From: an uncultured archaeon
GTDB taxonomy: Archaea > Asgardarchaeota > Thorarchaeia > Thorarchaeales > Thorarchaeaceae
Length of the DNA: 64,000 nt
Reading direction: 5' to 3'
Assembly: GCA_964610875.1 (NCBI GenBank)
Contig: CAZSWP010000015.1
Location: 13,758 to 77,757 of the forward strand
A program made the position numbers and the translations under genes. Below are positions 40,243 to 49,628 of this stretch, piece after piece. Below the pieces are notes generated by a model, which saw only the letters and a program-made list of their open reading frames with translations, made no database searches and was not told the DNA's origin. Each line of letters begins with the position of its first letter. Positions within the stretch are counted from its first letter, which is position 1.

Positions 40243-40794
40243 TTAATCCAGTGGAATATACTCCTCAAATATTTGTGGCAATCTGATCTTCAGGAATTGA
40301 AGGGCATGCAGGAACCTAGCTGCTTTTTCAGCTGTGTATTGCTCAATTCTCTGGTACTGTTTTTGCATATACCACTCAGGTACCTCAGTGTTTGGCAGGT
40401 CTTTATGAACCAACCAATCCAGAGTTGCTCCTTTGAACGTTCCTTTGTTCATCATGATTAGAATGCTCTTGATATCGACACGGGGTAGCCGGTAGTGAAG
40501 CCACTCGTCGCTAAGATCATACTTCAACACTTTTCTCATTCGTGATTGTAAGAAAAATAGTTCAAACCGTAGATTATATCCTACTGGCACAAAGTCCCAT
40601 ACATCATCTGGATTGAGTACATCAAGGAATTCTTTGAGAATCTCTCTCTCTGATGATTCCCACTCCTTTAGCATAGTGAGTGATCCCATTGGTTTACCAG
40701 TTTTTGAGTTCAATCTTCGATATTGTATTGTGATGATTTTGTCTTTGTTAGGATCAAATCCAAATGTTTCAAAATCTAGATAGAAGTCTGTCAT
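40243..40794 (-). CDS. RNase H-fold DnaQ/PolB-like 3'-5' exonuclease family protein
   Basis: YLDFETFG.DP..DKIITIQY, E.EIL..F, VGYNL.FEL. Confidence 0.75.
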   Translation of the reverse strand: MTDFYLDFETFGFDPNKDKIITIQYRRLNSKTGKPMGSLTMLKEWESSEREILKEFLDVLNPDDVWDFVPVGYNLRFELFFLQSRMRKVLKYDLSDEWLHYRLPRVDIKSILIMMNKGTFKGATLDWLVHKDLPNTEVPEWYMQKQYQRIEQYTAEKAARFLHALQFLKIRLPQIFEEYIPLD

Positions 40795-40857
40795 CTCTCT
40801 CCCTAGTAGAAAGCGTATGACGAAATCCATGATTAGTTCTTTGGTGATGAATAGAAA

Positions 40858-40945
40858 TGGTGCGGAGGGCGAGATTTGAACTCGCGAATCACTACTGAAC
40901 TAGGCCCTCAACCTAGCGCCTTTGGCCAGGCTTGGCAACCTCCGC
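40858..40945 (-). tRNA. tRNA-Leu(GAG)
   Basis: GCGGAGG acceptor stem, CTAGG TT GAG GG CCTAG anticodon arm, long variable arm, GTTCAAATC, encoded CCA. Confidence 0.97.
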
Positions 40946-41009
40946 ATATGGGGGCAAAATGAGTGCCTTGATGTTACGCCATCCCGAGTCGCTTTTTACC
41001 TTTTCGGGA

Positions 41010-42128
41010 GTGACATAATATGCGTTTGCTGGACAAGAGCATTTGCTGGACAAGAGGCATTTTCAGAGCCTGAAACTCGCGTCTTCAGGGATTTTTCACT
41101 CGAACATAGTTTCGCTATGGCATATTCCTTACACACTGGTATCAATGCAACAATTGTTGTGACTGGGTTCGATGGAAATTGGAATGAAGGACAGTTATAA
41201 TCTCAGATGTGGAGTGACTATGAGGATATCCTTCCTCCAAACTTCACCTATTACCTTGATTATCCAAATCTTGTGGACAACATAAGAAGACCTGCAATAC
41301 TGTCTGGTGGTTGGGACGAATGGTTGTATCACGAGCGTGACTGCATCGCACCAATCACTTTCGAGATTTTCACCAATGCGACTGCTGAAGCTCCTGACTT
41401 CTATTTTGATTATGAGGAGAATTCAACTCATTTAATCAAACAATGGAATGGCATCTATGAATACTTCAGTCCAACAGTGGAGTATATTGACAATCTTTGG
41501 CTAGAACTAATACTATCCTTTGAGTATCTTCTTGATCAGACTCCCCGTCTGAGTGTAGGTCCTCAAGCTACTGCGTTTGAAGAATCACAAGTCACAGCTG
41601 TGCTTTCCACAACGGATAGGAGTCCTCGAATTGAAACAATAGATGGTATTGAAATTAGACTGACTGATGGAACAAATCTCGATGTTGTGGATAAACTGCT
41701 TGCAAGCGCTTCTCGTCAAGACACGGTTACTCTCGATTTATCATCAACAAGTGATGAGGTATCAGTTGAAGTTGATAATAACTTTACAGGATACTCTAGA
41801 TTCATTATCACCTTCGAAGAAGAGCCATTGGTTGATCCCGTCTTAGTCGTAACCGTTCATTGTAACTTGTACAAACTTGGACACCAGAGTGATGTACCTC
41901 CATAAACGGTAATGGATCGTACTCTGTGAGGTTATTCTATGTGTCTGGTCAACCTCACAATACTATGATTATCTTTTGCTATACAAAGACCTACAGATGT
42001 ACATTCTTTATTCAATCATTCACTAAAGAAATGTCCAACTTTGACCAGATCTCTTGTAACTGTTGGCAACCCTTTCAATAGCAGTGATTGCAATTGTGGT
42101 AGTCTGTATAATCAGAAAACAACAATAA
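41010..42128 (+). pseudogene. Decayed secreted/surface protein gene with C-terminal membrane anchor
   Basis: ORFs 40922-41200 and 41207-41905 are in frame, separated by one TAA; shifted frames continue to LATLSIAVIAIVVVCIIRKQQ*; 5' end missing. Confidence 0.55.
41025..41056 (+). repeat. 15-bp direct repeat TTTGCTGGACAAGAG, two copies
   Basis: Copies at 41025-41039 and 41042-41056. Confidence 0.85.
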
Positions 42129-42141
42129 TTGATTAATGAAC

Positions 42142-42179
42142 TCTGCAGTAGAGATACTACTGCAGACTCACATTTTTTT
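42142..42179 (+). terminator. Hairpin plus T-tract terminator
   Basis: 10-bp stem TCTGCAGTAG-agata-CTACTGCAGA followed by TTTTTTT. Confidence 0.6.
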
Positions 42180-42253
42180 GGTAGTGATTCTAAGAATTAG
42201 CTGGAGAATCAGAGGGGATTTGCCCCGTGATTCTATTTAATTTTATAGATGCT

Positions 42254-42343
42254 CTATCTGGTAGCAGCCGCAAACCACTCAAAAGGAGGACGCTGCTGTT
42301 CTTTTTTCTTATCCTTTTTCGAACTGTTTTCTTTATTTGACAT
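42254..42343 (-). CDS. Putative 29-aa small protein MSNKENSSKKDKKKEQQRPPFEWFAAATR
   Basis: Strong SD GAGGTGA 5 nt before the ATG; downstream hairpin at 42205-42234. Confidence 0.5.
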   Translation of the reverse strand: MSNKENSSKKDKKKEQQRPPFEWFAAATR

Positions 42344-42428
42344 ATAATTCACCTCTTACCACAATAACTCTGTGTATTTTCATTGATAATGTTGATGCTA
42401 TCTGCACAAGTATTGGAGCGAGTAAAAG

Positions 42429-42504
42429 TGGAGCCCCGGGCGGGATTTGAACCCGCGACTTTCTGCTTACGAGGCAGACGCTATAGCCCCTAAGCCACCG
42501 AGGC
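42429..42504 (-). tRNA. tRNA-Thr(CGU)
   Basis: GCCTCGG acceptor stem, TCTGC CT CGT AA GCAGA anticodon arm, GTTCAAATC, encoded CCA. Confidence 0.97.
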
Positions 42505-42619
42505 ATGATTTCGCATCTCCCTTTGATTTTCTAATAAAGATATACCTGAACCGCATCATGAAGTCAGTGACAAAGACTTATCTCAATGATGATAAGTCTA
42601 TCAATCTCGAGGCTGGAAG

Positions 42620-43621
42620 ATGAAGACCGGTGAGCTAGGTGAACGCGCCTTTCTAAAAAAAATCGCTCATTATGTCGGTCGATTGCCAGGGGCTAAGTTA
42701 CTCTTTGATGAAGACGCATCAGATATTCCTCTCAGTGATGGTAATCATCTCATAGTCAATGTAGATACCTTTGTTCAGGGTACTGATTGGTTACCCGGTA
42801 TGACTGCAGCTCAAGCTGGTAGAAAGACCGCGGTCATGACATTGAGTGATATTATTGCAAAAGGTGCATCTCCTAGTGTATCAATGATGTCTCTATCGGT
42901 TCCGAAGAATTTTGATTCCCAAGAAGCTTCAGAGATTATTCGGGGCTTCTCTCAATATTGCTTGAAGAACGGAGTTCGTTATCTTGGCGGAGACCTCGGT
43001 TCTACATGTGAGGTTGTTATCACTGGAATTGGATTTGGAGTCATTGACCCAAATAAAATAGTAACACGTTCGGGGGCGAGAAACGGAGACATCATTGCTA
43101 TAACTAACAAATTTGGCCTCACCTCAACTGCTTTTGAAATTCTTCTCAATGATAGAGAGGCAAAAGACTCTCTCAAAAAACGTGCACTGCAAGCCGCGTA
43201 CAAACCTGAGATCCATTTCGATTTCATTTCCAATCTGGTTGAAGAGGGGGCTATCACAGCTTCTATGGACAGTAGTGATGGTCTTGGTATCACCCTTCAT
43301 ACCATGGCGAATCTTAGCAAAGTTGGATTTGTTATTGAAGACATACCTGCATCTCCAGATGTGATTTTCTTTTCACGAAACAACTATCTTGATGAAAAGA
43401 AGATGGTCTTTGGTGGTGGCGAGGAATTTATTCTTGTAATAACCATTCCTGAGGATAAATTTGATGTGGCCACAGAGGTTGCAAGAGAGAGTAAAATACC
43501 ACTCTGGTCAATAGGATATGTAACAGAAGGTGAAGGTGTTATGCTCGAAACCTCTGAGGGGTATCTCAAGCTTCCACCGTATGGCTATGACAGTTTCTTG
43601 GAGTGGGATGATTCTGGATAG
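42620..43621 (+). CDS. thiL: Thiamine-monophosphate kinase
   Basis: LGE..F, EDA, SDIIAKGA.P, GGD, RSGARNGD, MDSSDGL, GGEEF. Confidence 0.9.
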   Translation: MKTGELGERAFLKKIAHYVGRLPGAKLLFDEDASDIPLSDGNHLIVNVDTFVQGTDWLPGMTAAQAGRKTAVMTLSDIIAKGASPSVSMMSLSVPKNFDSQEASEIIRGFSQYCLKNGVRYLGGDLGSTCEVVITGIGFGVIDPNKIVTRSGARNGDIIAITNKFGLTSTAFEILLNDREAKDSLKKRALQAAYKPEIHFDFISNLVEEGAITASMDSSDGLGITLHTMANLSKVGFVIEDIPASPDVIFFSRNNYLDEKKMVFGGGEEFILVITIPEDKFDVATEVARESKIPLWSIGYVTEGEGVMLETSEGYLKLPPYGYDSFLEWDDSG

Positions 43622-45329
43622 AATAGTTATTGTTGATGGATATGTAGATGAACCAACCTGTTTGGGTGTCCCTCCCTATGTCAGTATATATCCTCGTTAT
43701 ATTGCAGGTGCAATATGGACTCAATCTCCCTCTACAGAAATCACCTATCAGACTATTGATCAAATACGACTATCCAGAGGGAATCATGTACCCCTCTGGC
43801 AAAGTGTTGACCTGATTATCTTGATTGCAGGAATGATAGTTCCTGGCAAATATCTTGGTGGAACCCCTATCTCAGTAAAAGAGGCTAAGCGATTCTTTTC
43901 AGACCCTCGTCTATCTGATACCACAAAAGTACTAGCTGGACCTTGGGCGAGCTTTGGTTGTGCCACGGAGGGTGGACAGATTGCATTAGGTTCAGAGGTA
44001 CTATCTCCTCCTTTTCACTACATCATCACGGGAGATGCCGATCTTATTCTCTCAGAGATGCTAGAAAAACAAACACCAATGGATCATTTGGATCTAACTA
44101 AAAAATGGGAATCCTTTGAGAAGCTGGAGGAGTTCATAATCAAAGGATCAGGAATTGTGAAACTTCATCCTAGTTATAGTCGCCGACATTTGATATGCGA
44201 GATTGAAACTTATCGTGGTTGCCCACGGTATCTCACTGGTGGGTGTTCATTCTGTGTAGAACCATTACATGGAGTGCCTCGACAACGAACACCTGAATCT
44301 ATTGCTCGTGAAGTTGGTGCTCTTAAATCTCATGGAATCCGGGCTTTTCGACTAGGGCGACAAGCTGACCTTTTTGTTTTAGGTTCCAAAGAGATTGGCG
44401 AAGAAGAATTTCCTAAACCTGAACCAACAATCATTAAGAAACTGTTCTCATCGATTAGACACATAGCTCCTGGTATTGATGTTCTTCATATTGACAATGT
44501 AAATCCAGGGACATTGTTTCATCATCCTGAAGAGTCCCGTGACGTTGCTAAGATTATCATGAAGTATCATACTACTGGTGATGTTGCTGCTTTTGGTGTG
44601 GAGTCTTTTGACCCAGAAGTCGTTAAACGAAATAATCTCAAAGCTGATGCCGAGGAGATACTAGCTGCGGTGCGACTTCTCAATGAAGTGGGTGCTATCC
44701 GTGATAAGGATGGCATGCCACATTTACTCCCAGGATTGAACCTCCTCTATGGGCTCCCTGGAGAAAGCAAGAAGACACTGGATATCAATATGCATTATCT
44801 TCAATTGATACTTAACGAGGGACTCCTGTTACGTAGAATCAACATCAGACAAGTCATTGGATTCAAAGAAACAAGAGTGGTGGAATCGAAGTCTAAGAAG
44901 ATCAAAAGGAACATGTTTTTCAGACATAAAGAAGCGATACGCAATACAATTGATGTTGAGATGATGAAGCGTGTTGTACCAGCAGGCACTGTAATCCGAC
45001 AGGCTTTTCTAGAGGGTTCAGATGGGGGTCGCTATCTGCTACGTCCCTTGGGAACATATCCACTTCTGTGTTATATGCCATCAGGAAAATCAATCAATGA
45101 AATTATGAACGTGATGGTAGTGAGTCATGGACCTCGCTCAATCAGCGTACTTCCATATCCGTTCAATCCCAAAGATGCGTCGATTGCACAATGGAAGAGT
45201 ATTCCCGGTCTCGGGGCAAAACGAGCTGCGCGACTAATGAGCGAACCCCTCTCATCTTTAGAAGATATTCAGAACGTGTTAGATACATCCCTTCCTGATT
45301 GGTTAGTAAAAGCTATAGAGATAGAATAA
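43608..45329 (+). CDS. Radical SAM protein with C-terminal HhH (COG1031-like)
   Basis: DGYVDEPTCLGVPPY, ETYRGCPRYLTGGCSFC (Cx7Cx2C), HIDNVNP, IPGLGAKRA; ATG 43608. Confidence 0.88.
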   Translation: MILDRIVIVDGYVDEPTCLGVPPYVSIYPRYIAGAIWTQSPSTEITYQTIDQIRLSRGNHVPLWQSVDLIILIAGMIVPGKYLGGTPISVKEAKRFFSDPRLSDTTKVLAGPWASFGCATEGGQIALGSEVLSPPFHYIITGDADLILSEMLEKQTPMDHLDLTKKWESFEKLEEFIIKGSGIVKLHPSYSRRHLICEIETYRGCPRYLTGGCSFCVEPLHGVPRQRTPESIAREVGALKSHGIRAFRLGRQADLFVLGSKEIGEEEFPKPEPTIIKKLFSSIRHIAPGIDVLHIDNVNPGTLFHHPEESRDVAKIIMKYHTTGDVAAFGVESFDPEVVKRNNLKADAEEILAAVRLLNEVGAIRDKDGMPHLLPGLNLLYGLPGESKKTLDINMHYLQLILNEGLLLRRINIRQVIGFKETRVVESKSKKIKRNMFFRHKEAIRNTIDVEMMKRVVPAGTVIRQAFLEGSDGGRYLLRPLGTYPLLCYMPSGKSINEIMNVMVVSHGPRSISVLPYPFNPKDASIAQWKSIPGLGAKRAARLMSEPLSSLEDIQNVLDTSLPDWLVKAIEIE

Positions 45330-45437
45330 TGGTGGGCCCGGCGTGATTCGAACACGCGGTCTCTAACTTAGAAGGCTAGCGCCCTATTTGTCCTAAAGAG
45401 AAGAATTCTCTCCACGTCCAGACTAGGCAACGGGCCC
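45330..45437 (-). tRNA. tRNA-Arg(UCU) with 30-nt D-loop intron (about 19/20)
   Basis: Removing 45388-45417 gives GGGCCCG TT GCCT AGTCTGGAT AGGGC G CTAGC CT TCT AA GTTAG...GTTCGAATC...ACCA. Confidence 0.92.
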
Positions 45438-45511
45438 ATCAGTGTATTCTTGCTCGATATTTTGTAGACATAAAGGTTTCCGCATAGTAGTTCTAGATGA
45501 AGAGAAGAAGT

Positions 45512-45571
45512 GCTCGGGGAGCCAGTCCTTCCCCGAGCTGGATGCAAGTGTGTGTGAGACCCACGCATCCA
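45512..45571. other. Tandem GC-rich hairpins (terminator/stabilizer or ncRNA)
   Basis: GCTCGGGGA/TCCCCGAGC (9 bp) and TGGATGC/GCATCCA (7 bp). Confidence 0.5.
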
Positions 45572-45598
45572 TTTGAATGTGTATCCCAAGGCCCTGTT

Positions 45599-45859
45599 CT
45601 AAGACGCTATGAATGAAGGTGGATAAAGGACAAAATACTGCACGACAATTGATAGGATTATTCCGCTAGCTACTAACCCTTTCCCTCGTTTAGTATTAAC
45701 ATCAGTGAACCAGAGTATAGCCCCTACAAGAACAATGATTACCCCTGAAACAGTCCCAATGAAAATCAAGAAATCCCAGATCTCTATGAAATAGGCAGAA
45801 ATCAGTGTAACGAAGTCTGAAAGCGGGCTTAGAACATTGAGCGGCACTGTAATCCACAC
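45599..45859 (-). CDS. Small two-helix membrane protein, VirB2/TrbC/CedA1 pilin-like
   Basis: Hydrophobic helix, basic loop (NTKRGKG), hydrophobic helix; 86 aa. Confidence 0.45.
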   Translation of the reverse strand: MWITVPLNVLSPLSDFVTLISAYFIEIWDFLIFIGTVSGVIIVLVGAILWFTDVNTKRGKGLVASGIILSIVVQYFVLYPPSFIAS

Positions 45860-45922
45860 CTACTCTTTCTCTCTTATTGTACAATTTAAACACATCAAAG
45901 ATGAATTGAACAGGTGCCAGTA

Positions 45923-46705
45923 CTATCTGCCCTGCAGTCCCTCGCAGAATGAAAGTACATTCTTTCCAAGGTCTTCAAAATTGTATCCGCCTTCAAGAAT
46001 TCCAAACCTACGTCCGTCACATTTTGCTTGAGCAAATTCGAGCATCATATTACCAATCTCATTGAATCCTTTTGTGGAAACATTTCCTCCCCAGTCGTGG
46101 ATGTATTGATCAAAGCCTGCTGATGCACCAATGATATCCACATCGGGACTCCTGTCCAGTGCGCTCTTCACATCCTCGAGATAATCCTCATCGTTTCCTC
46201 CCTGAGGATTGTAGATAGTAAAGTGCTTATCATCGCCAAGAATATTTAGGGTTCCATCACCAACATGTAGGTCAAAGTCTAGTACGAATGCAGATTGAAT
46301 AATCCCTCTTGCCCGAAGATTAAGTAATGCTAATGCCATATTAGAGAAATAACAGAATCCCCAATAGCTATCTCTTGATGCGTGATGTCCAGGAGGACGT
46401 AATAATCCAAAAGCAGGATCACCACTACATGCTATCTCTGCAGTCTGTATTGCTCCTCCTGCAGCTAATAATGCCAACTCATACAAAAGTGGTCGCCCAT
46501 ACGACTCACTCTCCTTTTTGACCCGTTCATATACTCTCCTAGTGTGTGCCCGAAGGATATCCTCTTCCGAGGCAGGCGTAGGTTTAATGAACTCATAGTC
46601 GCTATGTTTTTCTAGGATTGCAACAGCTGAGTCTATTCTACTAGGTGCTCCTGCAGGAGTGCGATCATAGCTTTCCATCATTTTCGGATGATATACAATT
46701 TTCAC
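45923..46705 (-). CDS. Histone deacetylase (HDAC/AcuC) family protein
   Basis: RPPGHHA, GFCYFSN, LDFDLHVGDGT, SAGFD, LEGGY. Confidence 0.95.
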   Translation of the reverse strand: MKIVYHPKMMESYDRTPAGAPSRIDSAVAILEKHSDYEFIKPTPASEEDILRAHTRRVYERVKKESESYGRPLLYELALLAAGGAIQTAEIACSGDPAFGLLRPPGHHASRDSYWGFCYFSNMALALLNLRARGIIQSAFVLDFDLHVGDGTLNILGDDKHFTIYNPQGGNDEDYLEDVKSALDRSPDVDIIGASAGFDQYIHDWGGNVSTKGFNEIGNMMLEFAQAKCDGRRFGILEGGYNFEDLGKNVLSFCEGLQGR

Positions 46706-46801
46706 AATATATCCATTATACGAACTAGGATATGATTCTGTGGGTTTTTAATAGAGTATTCTCTCAGCTCTCATGAAATAAAGAATAAAAAGTAATGTCT
46801 A

Positions 46802-46833
46802 CGGGTTGATGGGATAAGTTCCCATCAAACCCG
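46802..46833 (-). terminator. Strong hairpin after the L11-L1-P0-P1 operon
   Basis: CGGGTT-GATGGGA-taagt-TCCCATC-AAACCCG, followed by T-rich tracts on the minus strand. Confidence 0.6.
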
Positions 46834-46862
46834 CATATTCTTCAGATTGTAGACTTGAAGAT

Positions 46863-47168
46863 TTAACCAAAGAGACTACCGAGTCCTTCTGTTGCCTCTT
46901 CTTCCTCTTCCTCTTCTTCTTCTTCCTTCTTTTCCTCTGCTGCTTCAGCCCCTGCTGCTCCACTTGCTGCGGGAGCGGCGGCGACTGGCATTGCAGCAGC
47001 GCTTGTTAGGGCCTCATCAATATCTACACCATCAAGAGCAGCGAGTAGAGCTTTAATTCTACCTTTCTCGGCTTTTACACCTGCTGCGGTGAGTACTGCT
47101 TCCATGTTCTTATCACTTAGGTCCTGACCTGCTTTGTGGAGCAGAAGTGCTGCGTATACGTATTCCAT
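46863..47168 (-). CDS. rpl12p: Ribosomal stalk protein P1 (L12p)
   Basis: [11 protein letters not shown]...Ala-rich hinge, acidic tail, GLGSLFG. Confidence 0.98.
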   Translation of the reverse strand: MEYVYAALLLHKAGQDLSDKNMEAVLTAAGVKAEKGRIKALLAALDGVDIDEALTSAAAMPVAAAPAASGAAGAEAAEEKKEEEEEEEEEEATEGLGSLFG

Positions 47169-47188
47169 TATGTTTACCTCACTATTAC

Positions 47189-48220
47189 TTATCCGAACAG
47201 GCCTCCCATGCCTGCTACTGATTCTTCTTCCTCTTCGTCCTCGTCTTCTTCCTCTTCAGCAGAGGTTGTATCTGCTGTTGTAGTTTCAGCGGCTGCGGCA
47301 GCAGATGCTGCAGCTTTGACTTGTCCAAGAACTTCGGAGGGGATTGCTTCAGGGTCTTTCTCAGAGATGACTGCCGCTAGTGCGAACGCCTCTGAATTTG
47401 CTTTAGCCAAAAACTCGTTGAGCATCTCTGGGACAAAGAATCCTACATTTATTGCTAGACTCTTGGCTTCCATATTGGCTTTGGCGATGATTAGCGGAAT
47501 CGTGTCTGCTGTTGGATAGCTAGCATTTACTGAGAGATTGATAGCATATTGATGACCTGCAATGACTGATTGGAATAGAGCATCTAGGTCAACTTCAAAG
47601 CTATCCTGAGTCATAACGGCGCCATCTGTATAAGCCGCAATCAGCTTGAGTTGAAGTTCCATTGGTTCAATTCCCAGACGTCCAAGCATTTGTGCCATGG
47701 CATTGGAAATCACTTCTCCTGCTTCTACAGCAACGGTGTCTTCTGTGACGTGAATAACGCCACCCTTGACCCGTGATGGTATCTTCAACGCTGCAAGTTC
47801 GCTGATGAAAGGACCTGGTGCCACGCCTGTATTCATGGCTGGCACAATGATTTCCTTCGGAGAGACTTGCCCTCCTTTGGCAGGAGCTGCAGCTTTATTC
47901 TCACTGAGAAACTTGCTTAATACAAAGGGGTCTTGATTGCTAAATACGAATGCAATTGGGCCTCTCACATGTTCATTGAGTTTCTCTATCCCCTTCAGAC
48001 CAGATTTTTCAATTGCTCTGGTCATCAGAGTGTTTCTAGCCATTTTAATGGTAGCAGATCCTCTGAGGCTATCTCTGATACCTTGGAGTTGTTTTGCACC
48101 AACTCCCTCTACATTGACAAGGCCAATCATCTTACTCGACTTGATGGTCTCAGCAAGATCATTGACCGTGTCAATCTTCCATTGAGGGATTTCGCGTTCA
48201 TACACACTCAATATTTTCAC
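47189..48220 (-). CDS. rplP0: Ribosomal protein uL10/P0
   Basis: IPQWK, Q.IR..LRG, MARNTL, PAKGG, GPF; tail GMGGLFG. Confidence 0.97.
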   Translation of the reverse strand: MKILSVYEREIPQWKIDTVNDLAETIKSSKMIGLVNVEGVGAKQLQGIRDSLRGSATIKMARNTLMTRAIEKSGLKGIEKLNEHVRGPIAFVFSNQDPFVLSKFLSENKAAAPAKGGQVSPKEIIVPAMNTGVAPGPFISELAALKIPSRVKGGVIHVTEDTVAVEAGEVISNAMAQMLGRLGIEPMELQLKLIAAYTDGAVMTQDSFEVDLDALFQSVIAGHQYAINLSVNASYPTADTIPLIIAKANMEAKSLAINVGFFVPEMLNEFLAKANSEAFALAAVISEKDPEAIPSEVLGQVKAAASAAAAAETTTADTTSAEEEEDEDEEEEESVAGMGGLFG

Positions 48221-48222
48221 CT

Positions 48223-48879
48223 CTAGAGGGATATTGTTACAGATGGTCCCATGGTGGTCTTCACCATGACACTTCCTACTCTTTCATAGAGTTCTTTGTT
48301 ATTAACAAAGTTCAGAATTGCAACAATATTCTCCGCAATCTCCTTGTCACTCATTTTGACGTGACCCACTTTAACGTGGAAGGTTGGGGTATTTCGCATT
48401 CTAATCCTCACTGTTCGCTGATATTGTTCAACAGCTCCAGAAAGGTCAGCCTGCGGTGGAAAAGGTCTTGGCATCTTACCACGGGGTCCAAGTGCTTGTC
48501 CAAGATATCTACCGACAAGAGGCATAGAGTCTGTAGATGCAATAAAGAAATCATACGTCTTTGCTAATGATTTCGTACTCTTCTTCTCTTCAGCTATCTT
48601 GGCGATGTCGTCTTTGGACACAACCTGCTCAACGCCAGCCGCTCTTGCACTCTCAGCAAATTCTCCATCACCGAAAGCACATACTTTTGCTGGTGGATAG
48701 AGATAGTTTGGAAGAACCACTTCTTGGTTCAGACGATTCTCAGGCTTTGACAAATCAAGCTCTTTTCTTCTAAAGTTCACAGCAATATCAAAACTCTGTT
48801 CGAAATTGATACCTCGTTCGGTACCCTTGGTTCGAGCTTCTGCGACTGCTGCTTCAATAGCATCCATGTCATACGACAT
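48223..48879 (-). CDS. rpl1: Ribosomal protein uL1
   Basis: NFEQSFD, LGPRGKMP, VKTTMGPS. Confidence 0.97.
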   Translation of the reverse strand: MSYDMDAIEAAVAEARTKGTERGINFEQSFDIAVNFRRKELDLSKPENRLNQEVVLPNYLYPPAKVCAFGDGEFAESARAAGVEQVVSKDDIAKIAEEKKSTKSLAKTYDFFIASTDSMPLVGRYLGQALGPRGKMPRPFPPQADLSGAVEQYQRTVRIRMRNTPTFHVKVGHVKMSDKEIAENIVAILNFVNNKELYERVGSVMVKTTMGPSVTISL

Positions 48880-48880
48880 T

Positions 48881-49396
48881 TTAATCGTCCTCCCTCAGAG
48901 GCTCATCCAGTTGAGCGTCCCAAACTCCCTGGCGGACTTCCTCTTGGAACTCCTTTGGAGTCTTCCCTTCAATAGTGACACCTAGAGAAATACAAGTGCC
49001 TGATACAATCATTACAGCAGTCTTCATTTCCAGAGCTGTGAGATCCTTTGCCTTTGCTTTGGCAACATTCTTCAGCTGGCCAATCGTAAGATTGCCGATT
49101 ATGTTCTCATTTGGAGTACCAGAACCCTTTGGCGCATCAATCTCTTTGAGTATGAGTGCGCTTGTTGGTGGAATACCAACAACTATCTCGAATTGCTTGG
49201 TGGCTGGGTCAACAATGATGTCAACTGGGACTTTCAACCCAACAAATGACTGAGTAGCTTCGTTGATGGCAGTGACAACCTGAAAGATGTTCACTCCTGT
49301 TGGACCAAGTGCTGGACCAATTGGAGGACCACCGGATGCCTTTCCGCCTTCCACTAGTGCAGATACAGTAATCTTTTCTTCACTCAATTTATTCAC
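48881..49396 (-). CDS. rpl11: Ribosomal protein uL11
   Basis: GGKASGGPPIGPALGP.GVN, PPTSAL, GTCISLG. Confidence 0.97.
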   Translation of the reverse strand: MNKLSEEKITVSALVEGGKASGGPPIGPALGPTGVNIFQVVTAINEATQSFVGLKVPVDIIVDPATKQFEIVVGIPPTSALILKEIDAPKGSGTPNENIIGNLTIGQLKNVAKAKAKDLTALEMKTAVMIVSGTCISLGVTIEGKTPKEFQEEVRQGVWDAQLDEPLREDD

Positions 49397-49404
49397 GGCT
49401 CCTG

Positions 49405-49543
49405 ATGCAGTAACAAAAACCCATCATTTGATGGATTGGACTTGTCGACCATACGGAGAGAAATAGTCCAACATCCAATATGGTCTACTGCATACAATAT
49501 CATTCCGTTTTCACCCCTGACATAGATGTCAATGCTCTATGTC
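49405..49543 (-). promoter_or_regulatory. Structured 5' leader of the rpl11 operon (candidate)
   Basis: Complementary pairs ATGCAGTA/TACTGCAT, TTGGACT/AGTCCAA, GACCATA/TATGGTC and GACATAGA/TCTATGTC directly before the SD. Confidence 0.45.
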
Positions 49544-49628
49544 CATTTAAGGAGATGATACGATGCCCTCAAAGTTATGTTAAAAGCATTACGGACTGGT
49601 AGAATATGAAATGAAGCCTTTAAATTAT

